This document shows positions 32,311 through 44,579 of a stretch of 64,000 nt of DNA, piece by piece. Every line of letters starts with the position of its first letter. The stretch's first letter is position 1. Source of the stretch: the human T2T-CHM13v2.0 reference genome, Homo sapiens; the NCBI RefSeq assembly GCF_009914755.1, contig NC_060936.1; one strand, written 5' to 3'. A model generated the notes under the pieces. That model was not told where the DNA came from. It was given only the letters and a program-made list of their open reading frames with translations, and did no database searches. Position numbers and translations under genes: made by a program.

Positions 32311-33333
32311 GAAAAAGAAATATATTCAGTGATTTACAAAATTTCCATCATTCCACTTCTAAAAGGTACTATTTTGGGGGTGCCATTTCCCAGTGATGTG
32401 CTAGCATATTAACACAATGGTTGTCATATTGTTTCATGGAGAATCTTGTGATTTCGTGGTGTCTTAAAGATCACAGGCAAAGAGAAATGGAAGAATAAGG
32501 GGGTCATGAGCAGTGGAAATTGCTACATCCTCCTCACCTTGGGTGGATCTGTTTTTATGCATTTTATATATTGGGATCTCGCTTAAGATTTCATTTTTTA
32601 AAAAACAAGCTCTTCTTTCCTAAGTCAAAGTTTGTGAATCATTACAACTTCACCAGGATATTGCTGGTGTATTAAACAGGCTTTCTCCAATAGTTGAGTC
32701 TGGTTCCTTCTTGGCTTTATGTTCTTCTACTCCAGTTCTTGTTAAATACTTGTGGACATCTGATGAACTTCATGGACTCTCTCCCCAGAAAAAATCATAT
32801 AGACACACACAATTTTGTGAAAAATGTAGCAAGTGCATGGATTTCCTAAAATCCATTCACAGAGTGTGTGTTAATCATACTAACTCTAAAAGCTTTATTT
32901 AGCGGACTTAAGAAACTTCTGAAGGAGAAAGAATTGGGGATTAACATTAGAGTGTGTTTGGAAAAGGTGGAATTTTTTTCAACACAGCATAACTTGTAAG
33001 AACAGTTTTTGCTGCCTGATGAAAAAACAAAAAGTGTTTTTCATTGAACTTCAAGAATCATACATACTCTTGCTGGCCACGCTGTTCTTTTAATTCATTG
33101 ATTCATTCAACAGATATTTATCAAAGACAGATGTTTATCTAGCACAGTGGAAGACACTGTGCTAGGGGAAATGTAAGTGAATGGTTAACAATACTTCCTT
33201 TAAGAGCCATCTATTCTTGAGAATATGAATCATCTTTAACACTTAGCACATTTTAACCACTTAACCCACTAGTTAACACATGTGCATGCACACACACGCA
33301 CTCTCCACTGGAACAAGCACTCTTTTAACTGAC

Positions 33334-33506
33334 CTGAGGCTCGATTAGGTCTGGTTGACCGAGACCTGGGCTGTCTATCCAATCTGCCTCCAGCGGTGGA
33401 TGTATTGTGTGGTTCAATCAGAGGACAGTAAGGATGTGCAGAGACATAGGGATTCTGGCACCAAGGGCTGCGATTAGGGAAAACGGTTGGTGGGATTTCC
33501 TTCTCT
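33334..33506 (-). CDS. LMNTD1: LMNTD1 coding exon (probably exon 8), 173 bp
   Basis: Acceptor tttttcttttacAG|A and donor CAG|GTCAGT. Encodes [57 protein letters not shown](G). GC and CpG content are locally raised. Confidence 0.93.
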
Positions 33507-33848
33507 CTGTAAAAGAAAAAAGCCTAAATGGAACTCAAAAGCCATTTTATGCTGTGGTGTTAATGTTGAAGGCACAATTAAAGGGGAAGCATATTTCAAA
33601 ACCAAGAGAATATGACTTTTTAAACTTTGTGGGCAGAACTTTTATTATAACTTCAGAAGCATTTGCTACAAATGAATAATATATTCTGCACCTCTGTCCA
33701 TAGGCAGCTTTTGATCCAAGATAAAATTCCTGGATAATGCACCTCTCCCTCCACCTAAGCACTGCTAAAGACTTGGGGATACCTCACCTTTTCACCTCTC
33801 TGCAGCAGCCTTGCCTCTAATAACAGTGCCCCTGAAAAGTGAAATGGC

Positions 33849-34170
<322 letters not shown>

Positions 34171-34417
34171 GAAATGGCCGGAGGGGTCTCAATACTACCT
34201 AGTGAAGATCGCCAGCCTTCATTGCCCTATGAGTATTTACCTGCTCATTCTGTTTTCGTGCTTTTCCTATGAGTTCTATTCAAAATAGTAGTTTCCAAAA
34301 ATCACTATTGATTTAATTTATACATCACACATCCATTTGTCATCTAGTCGTTCCCACATGCTTAGTTACTAATTGTGGGAAGGACCCATTAAAACAAACA
34401 AACCAAACAACCCTTAC

Positions 34418-34635
34418 CTCTTAAGAAGAACTTGAGCTTGTTCCACCTGATAATTTGAGATATCTTTCTTAGGTTGATCTTGTTTTTCTTTAGTTATTGT
34501 AGCTGTAGATGCTGTCCACTGAAACACACGCTTTCGGAATGTTGGAGATACTACTGAACATCTGTTAAATTCAACGTCAGCATCTAATTTTTCCCACGCT
34601 TGCTTCCAGTGGATAGGGGTGTACCACGCAATGGC
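34418..34635 (-). CDS. LMNTD1: LMNTD1 coding exon (probably exon 7), 218 bp
   Basis: Acceptor cattttcattAG|GCC and donor AG|GTAAGG. Encodes [72 protein letters not shown](R) with no stops. Not in the ORF track. Confidence 0.93.
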
Positions 34636-34664
34636 CTAATGAAAATGATTTATTAATGTTGGCT

Positions 34665-34696
34665 ATGTATATTTGAGGTTTACAACATGCTGTTAT

Positions 34697-34739
<43 letters not shown>

Positions 34740-35965
34740 AAATGGTTACTATGGTGGAGCAAATTAAGGTATTTATTGTCTCACGTAGTTACTTTTTTAT
34801 GACAAGAGCAGCTAAAATCTACTTAACAAAAATCCCCAACACAATTTCATTAACTATAGTCCTTATATTGTACACTAGATCCCTAGACTTCATCCTACAA
34901 ATCTCTGCTACTTTATATCCTTTGACCTACATCTGCCTATTTCCTCCCCTGCTCCCATCCCTGTGAACCAGTTTTATTCTCTTTCTCTGTATGTTTGACC
35001 TTTTCAAAAATTCCACATATAAGTGAGATCATGCAACATTTTTCTTTCTGTGTCTGACTTATTTCACTCAGCATAATGTCCTCCAGGTACCTCCATGTTC
35101 TTTCTTAAGGCTGAATAATATTCCATTGTGTATAGCTACATTTTCTTTATCCATTTGTCTGTTGACAGACACTTAGGTTGTTTCCATATCTTGGCTATTG
35201 TGAATAATGCTGCAATGAAGATGGCTGTGCAGATACCTTTCCAAGGTGGTGATTTCATCTTTTTTGGGTATGTACCCAGAAGAGGGATTGCTGGGTTGTA
35301 TGGTAGCTCTACTTTTAATTTCTTTAGGGACTTCCATATTGTTTTCCATAAAGGCTGCACCAATCTACATTCCTGCCAACCATGTACTGGGGTTCCCTTT
35401 TCTCCATACTCTCACCAACATTTGTTATTATATCTCTTGTCTTTTTCGGAATAACCATCCTTATGAAGTGTGAAGTGATAGCTCATAACGATTTTAATTT
35501 GCTTTTATTTGATGCTTAGTGATGTTGAGCATCTTTTAATATATCTGTTGGCCATTTTTTAAATGTCTTTGGAGAAATGTCTATTCAGGTCTTTTGCCTG
35601 TTTTCTAAATCAGGTTATTTGCTTTTCTGCTATTGAGTTGTAAGAGTTCCTCATAGATTTTGAGTATTAGCTCCTTCTCAGATATGAGGTTTGCAAACTT
35701 TTTTTTTCCCAGTCGGTAGGGTGCTATTTTATTTTGTTAATTGTTTCCTTTGCTGTGCAGAAGCTTTTTAGCTTGACATACTCCATGCCCACTTTTATTT
35801 ATTTTTGTTTTTGTAGCCTGAGCTTTGGTGTGATACCAAGAAATCATTGCAAAGGACCACGTCAAGGAGCTTTTCCCCTATGTTCTTTCCCAGCAGTATT
35901 ATGGTTTCAGGTCTTACGTTTAGGTCTTTTAGCCATTTTGAGTTGTTTTTTATTTACCATGTAAA
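34665..35965 (-). mobile_element. L1MA-type 3' fragment with an internal (TA)n
   Basis: ORF 35136..35363 ([34 protein letters not shown]...) is the ORF2 C-terminus. An L1MA-like 3' UTR follows toward 34665. Confidence 0.9.
34701..34736 (+). repeat. (TA)18 microsatellite
   Basis: Perfect run, about 65 bp upstream (gene sense) of the exon 7 acceptor. Confidence 0.97.
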
Positions 35966-37566
35966 ATATGGTACAACAGAATTTAAAAACTGAACTATAT
36001 AATGCCATTTACCTGTGTGTGCGGCTTAGCGAACTACATGATGAGGATACAGAGTAACGCATCTTGGCCTTAGTTTCCTGTTCTGAAAATTACAAGCAGC
36101 ATAATCTCAGGTAGGTAAGTTACTTTCTAACTTGAACTGTGACTTCATGTGTAAAACTGAGAGGGTGGTATTGGGAACTGCTTTATTGAAGTGTTGTAAA
36201 ATTCATCCAGCTATTGAATTTCACAACTCTAAAGAACCGAGCAAAAAGTAATGGTAACATGAAAAAGTTAAGATTTTAAACATTTAAGACACTGTGTGTG
36301 TGAGTGTATCTTATCTGAGATGGGAAAATGGACAGTAGAGCTAGAGACATGGACAAGAAAACACGTTCTTCAGGCTAGAATCCTAGGTGAGAGTATTAAG
36401 GAGACCCATAAGCACTGAAGCTGGAGTTTGTTTGGATTTCCTGAATATGTGACATGTGCACAACATACACGTGCAAAAATTATTCAGGAAAATCCTGTAT
36501 AGACACTAACAGTTATATTTCTATTCAACATGAAAAACGTGCCCTAACATTCTACTTGTTCTAGTGATCTGTTTTTAGTTTACCAAATTAGAGGTTTGGA
36601 CTTCACACTGTAACCTTTGAACATCCCTCTGCTTGGCTTGACAAATAACATAGACATAAAGACAACACAAGGTCAGTTCAGCTAGGCTAAGCTTCTAGCA
36701 GAGAAAGAAGATGAATTCTTTTTTAAAAAGTTTATTTTCATAGATTATGGCAAAAAAATGGACTTTTGCTACAGATCATTAGTTACGAATCCTCCCTTTT
36801 TAGTAGCTCAAACATATTATATTTTGAAAATATGTTCATGATCTTTTTAGTGTGATCTCCCTTATTGAGGTGTGTGCCTTTCCTAGACAAGGCAATATTT
36901 TATTTTCCCCTGTATTGTAGGAACTTGAGAGAATTTTCGATGACAATGATGATAATGTGATAAAATTTAGCCTCAGCTCTAGAATGTCGGCCACATGAAA
37001 CTTACAAACTATTTTTAGTGCAATAGAAAAATTATTGAGAGTTAGAAGATATGGTTTTATTTTAGTTCTATCACATTACTTATCATGTGACCTTAAGCAA
37101 GCCATTTAACTTTCCAAGCCCCATTTTTTTTCCCCAAGATACTGAAACATTACTGAGAATCAACTGTAATAAGGCATATATAAACAGCCCTTCAATGAGT
37201 TCCTATTGTATAGGACTGGTCTGTTCCACATCTGGATGTCTAATGCAAAACAATGTATTGGGAAAGTACCAGGCATTGATAAACATGAGACATTTATTAA
37301 TTATTTGACATGTAATTTAGAGGCTGAAAACCTGTCCCTGCTTTAAAGGTCCATAGACTCATGGAATCTTAGTGATTATATTATACAGTCTCTTACTTTA
37401 CAGATGGGAAAGTAGAATAACAATTATGTAGTTAATACATGGCAAAGCAAAACTAAAAGCCACTTTTATATTAAGCCATAAGATTTGTAGCTGTATCGAA
37501 TATTAACCACTGCCATGTTAGTGACAAGATGACTCAAAAAGCAGTCTAAGACATACTTTATTTTAG

Positions 37567-37889
<323 letters not shown>

Positions 37890-38375
37890 TAGGCTTCTTT
37901 TTAAAAATGACCCATAATATAACTTCTCTTTGCCCCATCTTACAAATATAAAATATTATTCAAGTCCAGAAACAGGTTCTATTCTGATCTGTATAGCTGG
38001 CTATTATTTTAGACAGTAGATTACAGGCTTTGTGACTTTTTCCACAAGATATGGATTATTTTCTACATACAAATAGAAAGCAATTCCAGGGTCATGATGA
38101 CACTTTGAGTTCGTGTTTCAGCATGTCTATGAGAAGGCAGTAAATTGTCTTTTTAAGGAAAATTTACCTGGCGGTTGCAGATAGTAATATCCAGTGCTAT
38201 GAAAGTGAGAATGAAAATGAATTTATTAGAAAAGGAACTCTATACTTACATTAGGGTTTCAAGCTGATTTTAAAGTCACATTTCCACCTATTTAAGGGAA
38301 ATACTTTCTAGTCGAATTAAATAATGCATATGGCTTTACCATAAGGTAGAATTTCCAATGGGATGTGACTCAGGT

Positions 38376-38395
38376 AAAAAAAAAAAAAAAAAAAA
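38376..38395 (+). repeat. A20 homopolymer
   Basis: Direct count. It lies in L2-like sequence. Confidence 0.9.
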
Positions 38396-40311
38396 GCTTG
38401 AGCTGAGTTCTGAAGGGCAGGTAGGATTTAATAGGTAAAAAGGGAGGGAAGAGAGTCTATTGAGAGGCAAGAGCATGCGCAAAGGCCCTGTGGCATGAAG
38501 GAGCAGTCAAGCACTGGAAAGCAAAAGTAGTATGAGAAGTAGGGCAGTGTGGCTAGAGCAGAGTGCATGAAGAAGCATGGAGAGAGGAGAGTCCAGAAGG
38601 TGAAAATGGGCAAGATCACCATGGTTCAAGTTAGGTGGGCAAACTCCTCTCCACTACAGATTCATAACACATGGCTCTTCCTCTCAATGCTTTTTCTCAT
38701 GCTCTCCTTTACAGAGTTGATATTTCTGACCTGGGCTGCCCATATTTTATTAAAGCATTGTTTCACTGTATTGCAATTACTTATTATTACATATCAGTTT
38801 CTACTAGCAGACTCTGAGTTTCTTGAGGACAAGAAGTGTGCAATATTTATGTTCTTTTTTCTAGCACCTAGCGCCATTCCTGACAGATACGAAATATATT
38901 TAAATATTTTCCGTATGGATCAATCAGTCAGGTTTAGTCTTTCATTAGCAGGCACAGTTACTTGTGCTTACATCACCCCACAGAAATGGTCTGATTCTAT
39001 ATGTGCAAAGTCATTAAAATCACTGGGTAAAAGGAACAGTCTAAGTACAAAGCCTAATTCAGTTGCAAGAAATGAAAACTTTTTAAAATCTGCATTCCAG
39101 GAGCTCAGGGACCTGGTCTGTCTGGTTCAATGCTCAGTGCCTGGAGCAATGCACATACAAAGTAGAAATCACAAACTGGTTTACAGAGTGGATAACTATG
39201 ATGAAAGTTCTGAGATAAGAATGTCTTAATCCTAAACTGGGTTTTGCTAATGATTTCTTATGAGGCTGAGTAAATAACTCACATTGTGTATCCTCATTTT
39301 CTCCATCAATGAAAATTAATCTAAGTAAATAACTTAGATTGTGTAGCCTTATTTTTCCCATCAGAGAAGTATTATAAAATTCAGTTCGAGCCCACAAGGA
39401 GATCTAAAGCTGAGTGGGTGAAGGCTGCTAAGTTATATCTCATGGGTGCTCTCCTCATCTAACAACAACTGTTCCCGCAGAAAGACAGTAAATGGCTCTT
39501 AAGAAATTAGCCAAGTCTATTTTAAAGGGAAAGTCCATCTCAACATAGATTATATTGCAGCAAAAAAGAAACTCAGAGATAGATTCTTGTTAACATATTT
39601 TGTTAGTAGTTATATGACATAGTAAGTTAGACTGAGGGTAAGAAAAATCACAGGTATGTAAAAATGATCTAAAAATCATTTTGAAAAAGGATTCACTTTT
39701 TTGTTGTTGTAAAAAGAAATACCTTTGAACCTTATTGGTGTGTCCATGGGTATATATGTATGCTAATATTATACCGAGAGAAAGGTTGAGTGAAAATATA
39801 AAATTGTCAAATACTGCGAACAAATTACCCAAAGCTATTGCTAATGCCCTTAATTTTATAAGGAGTAAAGTATAGTCATTTCAAATTAATACTGTAAGCT
39901 CTTTCATTAGAATATTAGTTCCTTGGTGCAGATCTTAATCTGTTATATTCCCAGTACTTAGCATAGCTGTAAAATAGAGAAGAGTATCAATAAATATTTG
40001 AGAAATGAAAAAATAAATGGAAAAGACCTGTATGGAGTACCTTCCTTATCCCACTCTTCAGGCTAAATATCACAAATTAAATCTTCCCTTGACTTCGAAA
40101 GTTGAAGAGGCTTCTTAGGAATATGAGATATCAAAATTATTTTTGCCAAATTGTAAGTAACTCTTGGGCCCTTTGACATTGGGAAGAGAATGCTGTTGAT
40201 TTGCCTGATGTGTTGTGGCATTTAGTGATGGTTCTTCCCAAGCTTTAAGGATAAAAAAAAATCGGGTGAGCTAAGAGGATGGGGAACATAAGGATAACTA
40301 TCCATTCTATG

Positions 40312-40495
40312 AAAAACTAGCCCAAATGCCCATCAGGCAACAAGTGGATAAAGAAAACGTGGTATATACGTACCATGGAATACCACCACTTAAGAACTAA
40401 TGAGTGCTCTTCCATTTGACAACATGGTTATCCATGTAACCAAACACCACATGCTCCCCCAAAACGACTGAAATTAAATAAATAAATAAATTTAT
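40312..40495 (+). mobile_element. Short, rearranged L1PB-like 3' fragment with a (TAAA)n tail
   Basis: cccaaatgcccatca...gtggataaagaaaacgtggtatatacgtaccatggaatac is joined to caccacttaagaact...tatccatgtaaccaaacaccac. Confidence 0.75.
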
Positions 40496-40657
40496 AAGAA
40501 CCTGATAATAAAATAATCTTTTAGGCATAAAGTCAATTTTACTGACATTTATGCACTTAGACACATTGTATAAAATAAAAAGAATAAAAAATACAGATAT
40601 GCTCAATAAGCACAATATTTAAAAAAAAAAAACGATTGTTAAGAACCAGAAACTAAC

Positions 40658-40777
40658 TTGACCGTTCGGTTTGCACAGGATTGTTATACAATCAGGACTT
40701 GCTCTAAACTTGTCTTGTTCCTTCCAAAGAAAATCTGATGGAGGTTGATGCTTTGCTTCAGATGCTGCTGCCCACAC
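40658..40777 (-). CDS. LMNTD1: LMNTD1 coding exon (probably exon 6), 120 bp; LTD
   Basis: Acceptor ttttattacAG|GTG and donor CAA|GTTAGT. Encodes [40 protein letters not shown], similar to lamin A TIWAA...HSPPTDLVWK. Phase 0-0. Confidence 0.95.
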
Positions 40778-41327
40778 CTGTAATAAAATTGTTAATGACA
40801 AATGCCACTGGAGTTGAACACAATTTTGTAAATGTCATAGGGTTACTCCAACATAATCTTTCTGAACAGATGAGGTTTTAAAATATAATGACTATATCAT
40901 ATACAATGTCAAGCTATGCAACACCAAACAGCTACTCTACAGGGATTAAAGGAAAAAACGAGAAAGAGAGGACCCCTCCTGCATGAGCTAATTACCTGTT
41001 CTCTAAGCAAATAATCTCTTTGCTTGTCTTTTCAGGTTTATATTTACTTGGTTTCAGGAAATTAAGAATTTCATTTTAATAGTTAAATTATAAAAACAAA
41101 AGATATTGTACACAAAATTGAAGACAGCTGTGGAAATTTAACTGTGGGTATTAATTAACATCCAGAAGATGGACAAAGTGCGGTAATTAACCACCAACAA
41201 CAAAATCACATCTTACGTACAGATCCAGATAGAGTGATAACGAGACAGTGCTGAGCCACAGACTGTCAGTGTCAACAAGTTTGTCCTGTACAATTCTAAT
41301 GTACAGTATTTATACTCTTATACTCAC

Positions 41328-41514
41328 TGTTACTGTGGAATTTGCCTGCATTACGATGTTTGGAAGGAATCGGTACAAAGAAATGGTTTGTCCATTCACA
41401 TTTTGCTGGAGAATATGATCTCCAATTGCCATTTCTTTGTCAAGGGAAGAGTTAATGAGCTTCACGAACAAACCCTTGACATTCACTTCAGCTATTTCAA
41501 CATCTCCAAGAGAA
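41328..41514 (-). CDS. LMNTD1: LMNTD1 coding exon (probably exon 5), 187 bp; start of the lamin-tail (LTD) Ig-like domain
   Basis: Acceptor ttttattttctAG|T and donor ACA|GTGAGT. Encodes [63 protein letters not shown], which resembles the lamin tail pattern (V.I.EV...G.FV.L.N...YRF...VT.W). Confidence 0.95.
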
Positions 41515-42196
41515 CTAGAAAATAAAACACAAAGATTGTAAGCTGCCTTCAGATAGAAGTGTCTTTGACTCACTTTAAGAAGTGATTAATAAACTGCTTG
41601 AAAGTTGTTCTTAAACTGTATATTCTATTGGGCAAGTTCTATATAGGAATAGTATATTTTGTAACCTCAGACAAATGGCTTGAGTTTTTAGTTCTATTTC
41701 TTTATCTGTGCAATAAAATAACCTATTTCACTTAAAATAAAGAAAACTTAAAAAGTATTTTAGGTGTCAAGGTATAAAAGCCACAGGAAGTGGAGAATTA
41801 TAATAGTTTAAATTTCCTACTGTTCAAGATAAAATCATTGAGACATGAAACTCTCAAAAGTAGATCAAGAGACAAATCATTTACTTTATTTCTGATAAAG
41901 TGACTGAAGATAAATAGCAACTATGTGATTAAAAGATTTTTGAAAGGTAAAAACTTTAAATAAACATAGGATGGTGTTTTTCACCTTTTAACTTGCATTG
42001 AGAGCTTTCTATGTACGATCCAGGGACCAGGCTAATCATTTACATATCATTATGTATCAGCATTTTTCAGATTGTGAGTCACAACTTATTAGTGGATCAA
42101 AAATCACTTTGGTAAGTGAGGACCCCCATCTTGGAAATAAGATATATCTGTACCAATAATAATAACAATACCACTTATATGCCAGGCACTTAATAA

Positions 42197-42325
<129 letters not shown>

Positions 42326-42361
42326 TCTATGTTTCTATTTATTTGTCTACCTATCTCTGTA

Positions 42362-42684
42362 TATAGTTCTCCACAATTTCTTATCCACAGTTCCAAAATC
42401 CAAAAAGCTCTGAAAAAGCAAAAAAATTTTTTTAAAACATATTTGAAGCAAAGCCTGGTCCAAAACTGAGGTGAGGCTATTTATAGTCTTTGTTCATGGT
42501 TTATGTGAATATTTATATATTTTTCTGTGAAAAGATTAATGTTTGATTTTTGATACTTTTGTAATCCCTGACAGGGTGTTATATGATATGTGTTCTAAAA
42601 TTTCCTTTCCTAAAATTGTCAAAATTCTGAATTTGGAAATATGTAAGTCCCCAAGTATTTTGGTGAAGGCATTGTGGACTAATA
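42362..42684. mobile_element. Non-autonomous TcMar/Tigger-like DNA transposon
   Basis: Imperfect terminal inverted repeats: TCCACAATTTCTTATCC at the left and GGTGAAGGCATTGTGGA at the right. Internal ccaaaatccaaaaagctctgaaaa. TA-rich flanks. Confidence 0.6.
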
Positions 42685-42784
42685 GTAACTCATATAATTC
42701 TCACAATAACATACGTATTTCTCATTAAAATACTTCTACATGTTTCTTATTGAAGGTCACACTAAAAAAATGTGAGGAACACTG

Positions 42785-42900
42785 TATTATCTCATTTAAT
42801 TCTTAAAACAACTCAGACAGGTAGTATTTTAGCCCCATTTTATAAATAGAAAAACTGAGGTTTAGAGAGATTAATTCCCATGTCCAAGGTCACTCAATAA
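42785..42900 (-). mobile_element. MIR
   Basis: attatctcatttaattctta...ccccattttataaatagaaaaactgaggtttagagagatt...ccaaggtcac. Confidence 0.75.
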
Positions 42901-43099
42901 ATGTTAACCCTTGTCCTTCTGCCTCATTCAACAAGTAAAATCTCAAATAGGTTTGACCTAACCATTCAGGTTGTTTAAATTCTGTACACACCATGGTGGT
43001 TGAACTCTGCTAGAAAACGCACACACAAAGATTGCTGCTACCAAAAACTTAGTGGTCTCCAACCACCTGGGCCCTTGCTGATTGACAACAAGTTGTCAT

Positions 43100-44520
43100 C
43101 TTCATGAGCCAAGTCAGCAACTTCTGCCATCCTTCAACAATATCTCTATTCTCACTCTTGACAAATTATCTCACTAAGAAAACATGGCCATCAGAGAGAA
43201 TAGTGTATTTCCCTGCTTCACACTTAGAAACAGACTCGCCTACAGCTGAGCCCACCTCTTCTCCATAGCCCACCCCATTTCCATGGAAGAGGCCCCTTCT
43301 TCCATCTGCAGTGAAGCCCTCTGGTCACCAACTCCTCCTGATGCTTCAGCAACTCAGTACCCTCATTGTCCTTCCTTTCTCCTTTAACACCAACTTCTCC
43401 CTCTGGACTACCTATTTCCCCCAAATAGGTACATATCCTTGAGGGGCTACCACCTTAAAAAAGAAAAAAGAGAAGAGTCCTTCTCCAGCTTACAATTCCT
43501 ACTGCCATCACAACCTAGCTTTTGGAAAAGGCTATGTCACTAATTAATCACCTCTTATTTACTTCACAACCACCTGCCTCTGCTGGAGACCCAGATGACC
43601 AATGCCCTTCACAATCGGTAAATTGAGTGGCAACTGTTAGTCTATATCTTCATGTCTCCTCAGTATTGGCCTCTTTTTGGAAACTCTTCCCTTTGTTTCT
43701 TGAAGTCAACTGTTTTGCCTCTATCAGTTTTGTTACTTTTCAGCCCCTTTTTCTTATTTCACCCAGCCCCTTCACGCATCTCCCAGATGTTGATCCCTGG
43801 GATTCTGTTCTTAGCCCTCTTTTATTTCCCTCATTTATCCTTATAGGTGATGTTATCCATGAACAGTGTTTACTAACCATTAATACACTCATGACTGCTA
43901 AAACTAAATCTTTTGCCTAGACCTTCCTACTGAGCTTCAGATCCACAGAAACAACTGACCACAAGATCTCAAAAGGTATCCCTGAACTCATCACTTTGGC
44001 CTGTTGTAAATTTACTCTCCCAACTAGGAAACTATTCCAGTGAATTGCACCATTTACTCTGTTGGCCAAGCCTGAAACTTCCAATACTGTCCCAGTTTCT
44101 TATCCTTCATTCCTTATTCGTGACCAGGTTCTGCTGATTCTTCCTCTTTAGTGGCATCTATTTACGTCTTTTCTCCATCCCTGACTGCTGCCTTTATCAC
44201 GCTCTCATCATTTCTGTGAGACACTGAATCAACATCCTAACTATTATCCTCAGTCTTACCCCCTTCTAAACATTCTCCACTTTGCTTCCAGAGCAATCTT
44301 TGTACAATCCAAACCTATTTCTGCTTGCCTTGTGGAAATCCTTCAATATCTTACCATTTCCTTCTATAGAAAACACAAAAATCACAGCACTCAAACAAAG
44401 CCCTACCTTATCTGTCAACTTCTTTAACCCCTTTTTCCTTACTTCCTACCTTATGCTGAAACTGCAACCAGAAAGAATTCCTTGCAAGAGCATGATTCAT
44501 GCTGCTGCAGGCTTCACTCA
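43100..44520 (+). mobile_element. L2 relic
   Basis: Pyrimidine-rich L2-type text (gggattctgttcttagccctctt...cctagaccttcctactgagcttcagatcc...cattctccactttgcttccagagcaatctt). Confidence 0.65.
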
Positions 44521-44579
44521 CCATGCACACACATACTATTTCCTCTTCTTGTTTCCCATGTCCTTATAAACACTTCAAA

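Noticed and set aside
38549-39229. 226-aa + strand ORF, the longest non-L1 ORF
   Set aside because: It starts at GTG, runs through L2-like relics, is Leu/Phe/Ile-rich as AT-rich noise typically is, and shows no domain or splice support.
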